This document shows positions 8,507 to 18,059 of a stretch of DNA of 64,000 nucleotides, piece by piece. The notes under the pieces were generated by a model. That model ran no database searches. It saw only the letters and a program-made list of their open reading frames with translations, and was not told the origin of the DNA. Positions within the stretch are counted from its first letter, which is position 1; each line of letters opens with the position of its first letter. The position numbers were made by a program, and so were the translations under genes. The stretch is from an uncultured delta proteobacterium (GTDB taxonomy: Bacteria; Desulfobacterota; Binatia; UBA9968): assembly GCA_963727625.1 (NCBI GenBank), contig CAVSHR010000002.1:384001-448000 (forward strand). Direction: 5' to 3'.

Positions 8507-9557
8507 TTGGTGTCAGACTTATTATTTAATTATTTATTTTGCCGGCTCGCAACTCTTTTAATAAGCCGCCAATATTTTTACTCAGATCGGCTTCCTGAGC
8601 CAACCTCTCTCGCAGTCGCTTTAGTCCTAAACTCAAGCTCACCTGATCACGGCCATATCGTGCTGCTACCTCGTTGAGCTTGATAGTCCCCAATTCCTGC
8701 CCGAGGTACGCTACCACCGCGCGCACAAATGACCCTCGATGTTCTTTGGTTCGTAAATGCAGAAGTTCCGCTGCGTATTCATACCGTCGAGATACCGCAC
8801 TCTCGATGGTGCTCAGATCCACTCGTATCTTCGGCGGCGAATCAAGGTCAAGATGACGATTGATTTTATCGACAAACTGATCGTCTCCTAAAAACCTTTG
8901 CTCTTTGATATCGTAAAAATCATCGCGATGTCCCGAGCCAATGCCGTCCGACACAAACTCCTTATACTTGCGGCGCGCACGCGCCATGTCGGGCGCGAAC
9001 TGCTCTAAAACCCAGTCCGTTTGGACCACGGCCGTTCCCTTCGTGGCGCCACTGTTGAGATAGTCGCGGTGGCTGCTCCAGGGATAATCCGCCGGATCGG
9101 CTACAATCTCGGACCGAACCGGATTGAGATGAAGATAGCGTACCAGTTCGAGAAGATAAGAATCTCGATCACAGAGGATGCCTTTGTAGCGTCCCTGGAA
9201 TAGGTGGCCAACAAGCTTGTACTTGCGATTGAAGTACAAGGTGTAGCTTTGCTGCAAGCCCTGCATGATCTTGGCTAGCGGGTACTTTGCGACTTGCATC
9301 AAAAGATGCACGTGGTTGGTCATCAAGACGTAAGCATAAAGTTGAAATTGGTAGCGTCTGCCGTACTGGTTGAGCAACTTCAGATAGCGCCGCCGATCGG
9401 TATCGGCGCGAAAAATGATCTGGCGCTGGTTGCCGCGACAAATCACATGGTAAAGCGCACCAGGGTAGTGCACTCTCGGCTTTCTGGCCACGGATTTTGG
9501 AATATCACGACAGCAACGCTGAATGCAAGAAATAAATATATAAATGTCTGACACCAA
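8507..9557 (-). mobile_element. Y1/RAYT-type element bounded by 12-bp inverted repeats
   Basis: TTGGTGTCAGAC (8507-8518) and GTCTGACACCAA (9546-9557) flank the transposase. Confidence 0.75.
8526..9491 (-). CDS. REP-associated-type tyrosine (Y1 HUH) transposase with C-terminal DnaA_C-like HTH
   Basis: MARKPRVHYPGALYHVICRGN, AYVLMTNHVHL (HUH), GHLFQGRYK, YLHLNPVR, YPWSSH. Confidence 0.92.
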   Translation of the reverse strand: MARKPRVHYPGALYHVICRGNQRQIIFRADTDRRRYLKLLNQYGRRYQFQLYAYVLMTNHVHLLMQVAKYPLAKIMQGLQQSYTLYFNRKYKLVGHLFQGRYKGILCDRDSYLLELVRYLHLNPVRSEIVADPADYPWSSHRDYLNSGATKGTAVVQTDWVLEQFAPDMARARRKYKEFVSDGIGSGHRDDFYDIKEQRFLGDDQFVDKINRHLDLDSPPKIRVDLSTIESAVSRRYEYAAELLHLRTKEHRGSFVRAVVAYLGQELGTIKLNEVAARYGRDQVSLSLGLKRLRERLAQEADLSKNIGGLLKELRAGKINN

Positions 9558-9585
9558 TTTCCCACCATTTCCCCAATTTCCCCAA

Positions 9586-9774
9586 TTCTTTCACAAGATG
9601 AATGACGTACAGGATCGGAGCGTGAAAAACCGCACCAAGGATTAGCGTGAGATTGAGGAGCGGATAGCGTGACGGCAATACGTCGGATGCAATCCAGATG
9701 AGGAGGATGATCGCTGCGAAGTTCCACCAACTCATCCCGGTCATGAACGCGCGACGAACTGTGTCAATGGTCAT
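9586..9774 (-). pseudogene. Truncated small membrane protein
   Basis: Hydrophobic WWNFAAIILLIWI..LTLILGAVFHAPILYVIHL running into the Y1 end repeats. Confidence 0.4.
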
Positions 9775-9898
9775 GGGTCTTTTGCTTAGCTCTGTGCGCA
9801 CACACAAAGTCACCGGCCGGGGGCCGTTGTGAGCATACCGCCATTTACCTAGGGTCCATGTTCTTAAGCCAAGAGAAAAGTAGTTTTCTCAGTCCGCT

Positions 9899-10723
9899 TT
9901 AGGCATTAGGTTTTACGGCTACCACTTCGATCAAGCTGACTCGTTCCTCATCAAGATTACGATGCAGATTGTAGGCCTTGGTTTTGATATCGTTTCCGAC
10001 TAGCAGGTGTACGCCCAGTATTGGCAGAACCGGCTCGCCGATGGGTTCCGCCACATTGGCAAAGGCCTGCTGTGCAAGATCCGTTTTGTCATTCGAAACT
10101 TTAATATCAAAACCGGCGGATGTTACGACATCGCAGAATGACTCTGGCGGTATCAGAAAGCTCATGGAACTGTCTTGCGCCCACGGCACCGGAAAATACG
10201 GCGGTGTGTTTTTATTGCCGCACACCTCGTACAAAACAGCACGCGCGCCTGGTTTGAGCACACGATAAGTTTCCTTTAGCCACGACAGCTTGTCCTCGAC
10301 GTTCATGTTCATCTGGAGTGACCAGGCGCCGTCAAAGGAATTGTCGTCAAACGGCAAGTCGAGCGCACTCGTCGCATGGAACTTTACCCGCTCCTGCATA
10401 TTGAGTAATTGCGTCAATCTTTCTGCGGTTTCAATGTATTCTTCACTCAAATCAATACCGGTCACACGACATCCGGTTTGATGCGACAAGCGACGGGTGG
10501 AGCCGCCGATTCCGCAACCGACATCCAGGATATGCATCTCTGGTGTAAAGCCGGCAAGTTTAATCAGCTCTTTGGTTGCGGTGTCACCGCGGATATGAAA
10601 TTCGTCAACGGGCTGAAGATCATCCAGTGTGATTTTCGACAAATCCTTGCCAAGTTTATTAAGGCCATCAATGATCCTGTTGTACAAATCATTCGGCGAG
10701 TAATAACTGTGAATGTTTTTCAT
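9899..10723 (-). CDS. Class I SAM-dependent methyltransferase
   Basis: DEFHIRG, ILDVGCGIGG, GIDLS, LPFDDNSFD, RVLKPG; lower GC than host genes. Confidence 0.92.
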   Translation of the reverse strand: MKNIHSYYSPNDLYNRIIDGLNKLGKDLSKITLDDLQPVDEFHIRGDTATKELIKLAGFTPEMHILDVGCGIGGSTRRLSHQTGCRVTGIDLSEEYIETAERLTQLLNMQERVKFHATSALDLPFDDNSFDGAWSLQMNMNVEDKLSWLKETYRVLKPGARAVLYEVCGNKNTPPYFPVPWAQDSSMSFLIPPESFCDVVTSAGFDIKVSNDKTDLAQQAFANVAEPIGEPVLPILGVHLLVGNDIKTKAYNLHRNLDEERVSLIEVVAVKPNA

Positions 10724-10952
10724 ATCTTTAATCCTGATCAGTTAGTTGTTTAAACAGCTTGTCGCAGCAATCCATGCTTTTCATAACCATGAGGCTAATT
10801 AAAGGGGACATTCTGAATTTCTGTTTCTTTTCTCGTCAACCTTGTCGTCTTAGGCTTGCGCCTAAACCATTGCGTCTAGATCTGTGCCCGCCCGGTCCTC
10901 TTGCTCCCCCTCCCGTTTCCGCAGTAGAGATTGAAGGGGAAGGGGCCGGACT

Positions 10953-12110
10953 ATGAAATTCTCAATCTTCATGATGCCGCTGCACCATCCGACGGAAAAT
11001 CCGTCGTTGGCCTTCGATCGCGACATTTCATTGATCGAGTATACCGACGAGCTCGGCTACGACGAGTTCTTCATCGGCGAGCATCATTCGGGCGGGTGGG
11101 AGACCATGCCGGCGCCGGAGATGGCGCTGGCGAAGGCGTCAGCGCGCGCGCACCGCATCCGCCTCGGGACTTCGGTCATAAGCGCGCCGTTTCATCATCC
11201 CTTTCATGTCGCCGAGCGCATGGCGTTCCTCGACCATTTGACTCGCGGTCGCGCTATTCTCGGCGTCGGACCTTGCGCCCTGGTCACCGACAAAAAACTT
11301 TTCGGCCTGCCTAATGAAAAACTGTACCCGATGCTCGCTGAGTCGGTGGATATCATCGTTCGCCTTTTGGAATCTCCTGATCCCATCGACTACGAAGGCA
11401 AATTCTGGTCTTTCAAGCAGATGCGCTTGCAGTTGCGCTCGTACCAGCAACCGCGCATGCCGCTGGCGATCGCTTCGTCGGGTAATGCGATCAGTTTGGA
11501 GCTGGCGGGCAAACACGGCATGTTATTCCTGTCGCCGGCGGGTAAAAACATCCGAAACAATCAATCAAAGGCCGAGCAATGGAACAAAGTCGAGGCGATT
11601 GCGGCGAAACATGGCACGGCGACGTCGCGGGACAATTGGCGCATCGCTACCTGCGTTTATCTGGCCGACAGTAAGGAGAAAGCGTGGCGCGACGTCGGGG
11701 CGGCAATCGATCGCGACAAGGAGTACTTCTTCTCGATCGGCTTGAAGGCGCCCTATGAAGCCTATCCCGGCCAGCCGGCCGGTGAAATTACCGCGCGCTC
11801 CGGAGCCGACCGGCGCGACTGGATCATCGGCACGCCGGACGACGCCATCGGTCACATCGAGCGCATGCAGGCGGAGACCGGGGGTTTCGGCGGGCTGATG
11901 CTGGCGACGCATGAATGGGCGAGCACGGAGAAACTGCGCCGCTCCTATGAGTTGTTCGCGCGCTACGTGATGCCGCACTTTCGCGGCCATACGCTGGGCT
12001 ACCGCGACGAGTGGCGGCGCATTCAAGAGGCGGCGGCCAACGGCGGCTTCAAATCCGACGACCCGAAGAGACCAAGCAATCTCGTGCTCAGGGACGGGTC
12101 GAGCAAGTGA
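10953..12110 (+). CDS. LLM-class flavin-dependent monooxygenase
   Basis: LGYDEFFIGEHH, IRLGTSVISAPFHHP, LDHLTRGR..GVG, SYELFARYVMP. Confidence 0.93.
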   Translation: MKFSIFMMPLHHPTENPSLAFDRDISLIEYTDELGYDEFFIGEHHSGGWETMPAPEMALAKASARAHRIRLGTSVISAPFHHPFHVAERMAFLDHLTRGRAILGVGPCALVTDKKLFGLPNEKLYPMLAESVDIIVRLLESPDPIDYEGKFWSFKQMRLQLRSYQQPRMPLAIASSGNAISLELAGKHGMLFLSPAGKNIRNNQSKAEQWNKVEAIAAKHGTATSRDNWRIATCVYLADSKEKAWRDVGAAIDRDKEYFFSIGLKAPYEAYPGQPAGEITARSGADRRDWIIGTPDDAIGHIERMQAETGGFGGLMLATHEWASTEKLRRSYELFARYVMPHFRGHTLGYRDEWRRIQEAAANGGFKSDDPKRPSNLVLRDGSSK

Positions 12111-12124
12111 TCGGAGTCTAAAGT

Positions 12125-12829
12125 TTGCATACGAAGTGGGACTGGGAAAGCGTCCTTGGCGCGCGTGTGCGGGAAACCATGGCGTCGGTCGACATGGAGC
12201 GCTATTTCGACGTAAAAATGACCAAAACGCGTGCGCGCATCGCGCTGCTGCAGCTCAGTCTATTTGTCAGTTGCCGGCGCGATTGTTGGGCGAATTTGAT
12301 CGCCAATTGCGACGCGCCGGCGATTCGGCAGAAATTGATGGAACACGAGTACGACGAGCTGGTGGAGGATGAATACAGCGCCAAAGGCCACTACGATCTG
12401 CTCATCCGTCAAGGGGCGCTGATCGGCTTGACCGCCGACGACTTCGCGAACGTTCAACCGCTGCGCACCAGCATGGCAACTTTTTATGGCTGGAAGTGGA
12501 TCACCCGCGCGGGTTCTTGGCAAGATGGACTGATCGCGATGATGGCGACCGAGTGGGTGAACGACGACCGCCGCCTGATGGACCAGGGGGGCGGCTTGTC
12601 GCGGCGCGACGGCCTGCGCTGGATTCGCGACTTCGGTTACCAGTGGGAGGAGATGCCCAACTTCGCCGCGCATGCCGTGGCGGATGAGAAGCACGGCGAT
12701 CTCTTCCTGCCGCTGTTGGATAAATTCATTCCGAATCGGGAAAGTGCGCTCAAAATGGCCGACGACGCCATGGAATTGTTCAAGCTGTATCATCTGGGTG
12801 TCGCCGAAGAGATAGAGAGATCGGATTAA
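12125..12829 (+). CDS. Heme-oxygenase-like diiron (PqqC/TenA/CADD-like) redox enzyme
   Basis: EHEYDE..GHYDL, ATEW, FAAHAVADEKHG ligand pattern; start uncertain. Confidence 0.75.
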   Translation: MHTKWDWESVLGARVRETMASVDMERYFDVKMTKTRARIALLQLSLFVSCRRDCWANLIANCDAPAIRQKLMEHEYDELVEDEYSAKGHYDLLIRQGALIGLTADDFANVQPLRTSMATFYGWKWITRAGSWQDGLIAMMATEWVNDDRRLMDQGGGLSRRDGLRWIRDFGYQWEEMPNFAAHAVADEKHGDLFLPLLDKFIPNRESALKMADDAMELFKLYHLGVAEEIERSD

Positions 12830-12931
12830 TTCGAATTCGCCGCAGAGCCGGATTCGGTAAATTAACAAAACATTAAATGTCGATGCGCCGCCTCACCAGC
12901 CCTCTGACCACAATCCGAGATCATTGAACTT

Positions 12932-14167
12932 TTGAACCTTGAACCCTTGAACGGCAACCTCCGACGTTTCTTTCCCCGCGTTCCGTTCGCCGTGCCATTT
13001 TGGAACGGCGAAACTTATCGCCAGGTACTACGCTGCTGCTTTTCCGGCCGCGTCGTCGCCGGTTCACAACTCGCTCAACTTAGATCGCAAATTATGATCG
13101 CCATCGGAGTAAAGGATGCCTTGCTCTGCGGCTCGGGAAGCCTCGCTCTCGAAATCGCCCTGCGCGCGTGCGAGGTTCGACCGGGCGATGAAGTGGTGCT
13201 GCCGGCTTTTTGTTGCAGCGCGGTGGCGGCGCCGGTGCTTGCGGTGGGCGCTATTCCGGTGCTCGCCGACGTGGGTGACGAACTCAATCTCACCGCCGAA
13301 ACTGTCGACGCGGCACTGACGGGAAAAACCAGAGCGATCATCGTGCCGCACCTCTTCGGCAATCCCGCCGACATTGACGCAATCGTCGAATTCGCTCGAC
13401 CGCGAAATATCCGCGTCATCGACGACGCCGCGCAGGCACTGGGTGCGAATATCGGCGGCCGCGCCGTCGGCAGCTTCGGCGATGCGGGGATCGTGAGCTT
13501 TGGCCGGGAAAAGGTCTGTTTCGGTATCGGCGGCGGGGCGCTGGTTTCACGGAACAAAAAACTCATTGGCGATATCGATCTGGCGCGGCTCCCGCCCGGC
13601 GGTTCACTGCCGGTGTTGAAAGACTTTTTTTCGACCCTGGTTTGGCGCCGCTGGCGGCGTTGGAGCGCACCGCTGGCAAGAATTTTTGAGAATTCTAAAA
13701 ACACTGGCCCTTATCTGCCGCCGAGCCCCTATCGCGTGGAGGCGATGGTCAACCTCAAGTCCGCGGTTGCCGTGAGTCTCATGCAAACCATAGCCGAGAA
13801 CATCGCGGCGCGGCGCGCGCGGGTCGAGGTTTATCAGGAGCTTCTCGGCGGCTCTGCGCGGCTGGAATTGATCGCGCACCGCGCAGGCTCGGCTTGCTTG
13901 GCGCAGGTGGTTCGGGTATTGCCAAAACATCGCAATGATGATGCAGCTTCGCGAGCGCTCGGCGCGCTCGGCGCCGCCGGGTATGAAATCCGCGGCAGCT
14001 ATGTGCCGATTCATCTGCTTTCGCAGTTTCCACAATGCGTCTGGGATAGTCTTCCGCGTACCGAACGGGTCTGGGCCGATCTGATCGAACTGCCGTGTGA
14101 GCCGAACATGCCGTTGCGCGAAGCCGAACGTATCGCTGTCATCGTTCGGCGGATGCTCGACTCCTGA
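12932..14167 (+). CDS. DegT/DnrJ/EryC1/StrS PLP-dependent aminotransferase
   Basis: GSGSLAL, PGDEVVLP, HLFGNPAD, IDDAAQALG, GSFGDAGIVSFGREK. Confidence 0.9.
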   Translation: MNLEPLNGNLRRFFPRVPFAVPFWNGETYRQVLRCCFSGRVVAGSQLAQLRSQIMIAIGVKDALLCGSGSLALEIALRACEVRPGDEVVLPAFCCSAVAAPVLAVGAIPVLADVGDELNLTAETVDAALTGKTRAIIVPHLFGNPADIDAIVEFARPRNIRVIDDAAQALGANIGGRAVGSFGDAGIVSFGREKVCFGIGGGALVSRNKKLIGDIDLARLPPGGSLPVLKDFFSTLVWRRWRRWSAPLARIFENSKNTGPYLPPSPYRVEAMVNLKSAVAVSLMQTIAENIAARRARVEVYQELLGGSARLELIAHRAGSACLAQVVRVLPKHRNDDAASRALGALGAAGYEIRGSYVPIHLLSQFPQCVWDSLPRTERVWADLIELPCEPNMPLREAERIAVIVRRMLDS

Positions 14168-14230
14168 GCGGGCGACGTTATTTTTCGCTCGGTCCGCTCG
14201 ACCGAAGCGGGAAAATTATGCTAACGCTCG

Positions 14231-16855
14231 ATGGAGATGGATTGGGTGATCCAGAGTTTAGCTCAGCGAACGCGGAGCGCTTGTTCCCTTTGGACGGTCA
14301 TGGCGCTTGTGCTCATGTCCGGGTGCAGCTTCAATGCGACCGTTGGCGGTGATCGGCCGGTCGCTTTCACATCCGTGCGCTCGGATGGATTCACCAACTT
14401 CGAGACCGAACCGGTGCGCCCGCTGGCGCTCTCTGCGGATGGAAATTATCTCTACGTTCTTAACACGGCGGACGATCGACTGGAGATCTTCGACGCTCGC
14501 GGCGATACGTTGCGTTCCGTGGGCGAGACTGCGGTCGGCTTGCGGCCCGTGGCGCTTGTGCTGCGCGGCAACCAGGCGTGGGTGGTCAATCATCTTTCCG
14601 ATTCCGTCAGCGTGGTCGACGTCGCAGATCCGCACCGGCCGCGCGTGATTCATACCTTGCAAGTTGGCGACGAGCCCCGTGGGATCGTCGCCGCTGGGAT
14701 CAAGCGCGAGAGAATCTTTGTCGCCACCGCGCGGCGCGGTGAAAGCCTCACCCCGGGTATTGGCCGCGCCCAACTGTGGATGTTCGACGCCACGCAACCG
14801 AAGGCGCCTGCCAAGATCTTGACGCTGTTCGGCTCCAAGCCGCGCGCGCTCGCGGCTTCTGCCGACGGGCGGCAAGTTTACGCAGCGGTTTTTCATTCGG
14901 GCAATGGCACGGCCACGGTATCCGGCGAAGACGCGGTGCGCCTCGGGCGCGCAAAGCAACTCTATTTCCCCGATATTCCCTACTCGGCTGTTCCCAAACA
15001 GGGCGCCATCGTGCGCCGTGTAGACGGCCGTTGGCAGGATCACGACAAGCGGGATTGGAGCTCGGTGGTACCGTTTGATCTGCCGGATTACGATGTATTC
15101 GTGATTGCCGCTGCCGATGAAGATCCAAGAGTGGTCGAAACGGTCTCTAACGTCGGCACCGTGCTGTTCAATCTCGCGGTTCAGCCGGGCAGCGGCGAGG
15201 TCTGGGTCAGCAACACCGAAGCCTTTAATGTCCTTCCCTACGAGCCGCGCCTGCAAGGAAGATTCGCGGCGAATCGCATTACCCGCATTTTTGCCGGGCC
15301 GGGACATCGCGTCGAGGCAGTCGATCTAAACCCGCATATTGATCGGCGCGCAGCGGGATCACACGCCGAGCGGGAACAGAGCTTGGCTCAGCCGCTCGAT
15401 CTGGTATTTCAACCGGACGGCAGCCAGGCGTACGTGGCCGCGTTCGGATCGAGGAAAGTCGGCGTGCTCGACGGTGCCGGTCGGGTCATCGACCGCATCG
15501 ACGTAGGGTTCGGTCCGGGCGGGCTGGCGCTCGATGCTAAGCGCCATCGACTCTACGTTCTCAATTGCTTTGACGCGACGATTTCGCTGGTCGATTTGCG
15601 CCAGCGTCGCGCCGTCGCGACGGTCCCGTTACGCTATGATCCTACGCCACCGCCCATCAAACGCGGCCGAGTTCTTCTCTACGACGCCGCGCGAACTTCC
15701 CGTCACGGCGATCTATCCTGCGCCACCTGTCATGTGTTCGGCGATAGGGATGGCTTAGCCTGGGATCTCAGCGATCCTAACGGGCCAAACATCGATTATC
15801 CGGTGGCATTGAGGAATAGCGGTCTGGCGGAACCGAAACAAGCGCTGCATCCGCTCAAAGGTCCGATGGTGACGCAGAGTTTGCGCGGCTTGGTGAACAG
15901 CGCGCCATTTCATTGGCGCGGCGATCGCTTTGGAAATCCCATTGCTCCCGGCGGTGATATCGCCAGCTTCAAGGATTTCAATCCAGCGTTCGTCGATCTG
16001 CTCGGCCGCTCGAAACCGGTTGCGGATTCGACGATGGATGCCTTCGCTCGTTTCGCGATGACGATTCGCTATCCTCCCAATCCGAACCAGCGGCTCGACC
16101 GGCGCCTCGATGCCGAGCAGCAGGCAGGCTTCAATTTTTTTACCGGGCCGTTTTTTTCCGATAGCGGGGAGCAGAACTGCGTAAGTTGCCATGCTTTGCC
16201 ACTGGGCACCAACCGCCTAGTCAACTTTGAAGGGCCGCAGGTCGGCAGGGACATGAAGACCGCCCATCTGCGCGACGTGTATGAAAAAGTTGGGCGATTC
16301 AATGTGCCGGGCCCGCAAGTCTCCGGGTTCGGGTTGCTCCATGACGGCGCTTTCGACACCGTGGTCAACTTCCTTCGTCTGGATATTTTCCTCTTCCCGG
16401 GAGACAGCGTAGAAGAAAAAGATCGGATGCGCCGTTTGCTTGAAAGTTACATCATGGCGTTCGACACGGGCATGGCTCCGGCGGTGGGACGGCAAGTTAC
16501 GGCCTCCGGGCCGATACGCGTCGAAGATCGCCGCGTTCTTGCGCTGCTCATGCAGCGCTCGCTTGCCGGCGACTGCGACTTGATCGCCAAAGGTTGGGAA
16601 GGAAACATCCAGCGAGGTTGGCTGCTGCGCGGCGAACGGTTCGCCGCCGACCGGCGCGGCCAAACCGCGCTGGGGCTCGACGCTTTACTAGAGCGCTACA
16701 ACAGCATCGGCGAACCGCTTACCTTTACTTGCGTTCCGCCGGGCGACGGCCGGCGCAGCGCGCTGGACCGGGATCTGGATGGCCGTTTGGACGGAGACGA
16801 AACCCCGATCGGTAGTGCTCGCGCCAATGCTGAAAAAATGCCGGCATTGCAATGA
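14231..16855 (+). CDS. Secreted YVTN-type beta-propeller fused to a di-heme cytochrome c (CCP/MauG-like) region
   Basis: Propeller repeats (LYVLNT, WVVNHLSDSVSVVD); CATCH and CVSCH; KGPMVTQSLRG, FHWRGDR; possible lipobox LMSGC. Confidence 0.85.
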   Translation: MEMDWVIQSLAQRTRSACSLWTVMALVLMSGCSFNATVGGDRPVAFTSVRSDGFTNFETEPVRPLALSADGNYLYVLNTADDRLEIFDARGDTLRSVGETAVGLRPVALVLRGNQAWVVNHLSDSVSVVDVADPHRPRVIHTLQVGDEPRGIVAAGIKRERIFVATARRGESLTPGIGRAQLWMFDATQPKAPAKILTLFGSKPRALAASADGRQVYAAVFHSGNGTATVSGEDAVRLGRAKQLYFPDIPYSAVPKQGAIVRRVDGRWQDHDKRDWSSVVPFDLPDYDVFVIAAADEDPRVVETVSNVGTVLFNLAVQPGSGEVWVSNTEAFNVLPYEPRLQGRFAANRITRIFAGPGHRVEAVDLNPHIDRRAAGSHAEREQSLAQPLDLVFQPDGSQAYVAAFGSRKVGVLDGAGRVIDRIDVGFGPGGLALDAKRHRLYVLNCFDATISLVDLRQRRAVATVPLRYDPTPPPIKRGRVLLYDAARTSRHGDLSCATCHVFGDRDGLAWDLSDPNGPNIDYPVALRNSGLAEPKQALHPLKGPMVTQSLRGLVNSAPFHWRGDRFGNPIAPGGDIASFKDFNPAFVDLLGRSKPVADSTMDAFARFAMTIRYPPNPNQRLDRRLDAEQQAGFNFFTGPFFSDSGEQNCVSCHALPLGTNRLVNFEGPQVGRDMKTAHLRDVYEKVGRFNVPGPQVSGFGLLHDGAFDTVVNFLRLDIFLFPGDSVEEKDRMRRLLESYIMAFDTGMAPAVGRQVTASGPIRVEDRRVLALLMQRSLAGDCDLIAKGWEGNIQRGWLLRGERFAADRRGQTALGLDALLERYNSIGEPLTFTCVPPGDGRRSALDRDLDGRLDGDETPIGSARANAEKMPALQ

Positions 16856-17985
16856 CCCCTTTTCGATCCAAGTTCGTAGGCATGCTGGTCGTGACGCTCT
16901 GGTGCTCGGCTTGCGCGGGCATACCGGTGAGCGGCGTGGTCGGTGGGCAGTCAATTACTACTCGCGTCGATTCCGAGGCCGCGCGCTACTACGTCGCCAA
17001 CTACCTGGCGGGCAAACGAGCGAATTCGCCCCTTGACGCGCGCATCGACGACGTTTACCGAAACGGCGATGGCGGTCTTCCCGATCGCAACCAACTCAAA
17101 CAGCTGAGCGACGATTTCTCGACCGATTTTGCCGCGCTCTATTTCGCCGAATCTATCGACCGAGCGGCGAAGAATCGCCGGCTGCGCAACGAATTCGGGA
17201 GAACCCTCGCCGTTCTGGGCGAGAGTCTTTCCAATGGCCGCATACAATTGCCTGCCGGGGCGGCTCGCTACGAGTTTCTCTTGGTGCCGGGTTATCTCTA
17301 CGAACGTCATAGTTTCACAGGCGCCAATCTTGCGGCGCCACGGGCGACGCTCGATCGGCTCGGCTTGCCGCATCATTTCGTCGCGACCATTGAAGACGGC
17401 GCCATCGAGCGCAACGCCGAGATCGTCGCCGCGGCGATCCGCGGCCGTTCTTCGATGGGAAGGCGCTTGATTATTGTCAGCGTCAGCAAGTCCGGGCCGG
17501 AAGTTGCCTTAGCGTTGACTAAATTAGGCGAGGTTAATTCCCGCCGGGTCGCTGCATGGGTCAATATCGTTGGCACGCTGCAAGGCAGCGCGCTTGCCGA
17601 CGATGGGTTGTTGCAATTGGAAGAGCTATCCGGAGCAGTCGACATTACAGGCGTGGAGAGCTTGAGCACCCAACGGAGTCGGGAGCGCTTTCGCCATTTT
17701 CATATCCCTGGCCACGTGCTGGTGCTGAACTATATAGGCATACCCTTGGAGAGCGATATTTCGCTGATGGCGCGCAGTGGTTATTTACAGTTGAAGAGCC
17801 AGGGGCCGAATGACGGTCTTTCGTTACTTGCCGATCTCGTCATTCCCGAAGGCCTGACACTCGCAGCGCTCGGCCATGACCATTTTTTGTTGGACGATCA
17901 AGTCGATGCGGCCACCGCAGCGCTCGCTATCCTGCTGATCCGGCGGCTCGACGCCCGGGCCATGGTGCAATCGGCGGATCGGTAG
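16852..17985 (+). CDS. Putative lipoprotein, alpha/beta-hydrolase fold
   Basis: Lipobox-like SAC; LVPGY, VSKSG nucleophile elbow, GPNDG, HDH. Confidence 0.7.
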   Translation: MTPFRSKFVGMLVVTLWCSACAGIPVSGVVGGQSITTRVDSEAARYYVANYLAGKRANSPLDARIDDVYRNGDGGLPDRNQLKQLSDDFSTDFAALYFAESIDRAAKNRRLRNEFGRTLAVLGESLSNGRIQLPAGAARYEFLLVPGYLYERHSFTGANLAAPRATLDRLGLPHHFVATIEDGAIERNAEIVAAAIRGRSSMGRRLIIVSVSKSGPEVALALTKLGEVNSRRVAAWVNIVGTLQGSALADDGLLQLEELSGAVDITGVESLSTQRSRERFRHFHIPGHVLVLNYIGIPLESDISLMARSGYLQLKSQGPNDGLSLLADLVIPEGLTLAALGHDHFLLDDQVDAATAALAILLIRRLDARAMVQSADR

Positions 17986-18059
17986 TAGCTTGTAAGAAAA
18001 ATTTCCGATTTAAGACGAGAAACGAGTAACGAAAAATTTCTATCCCTAGAAACCCTGAC

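Noticed and set aside
10797-10825. AAAGGGGACATTCTGAATTTC as another Y1-type end enclosing the methyltransferase as cargo
   Set aside because: Single copy that does not match the 8507/9546 IR; unsupported without a genome-wide search.
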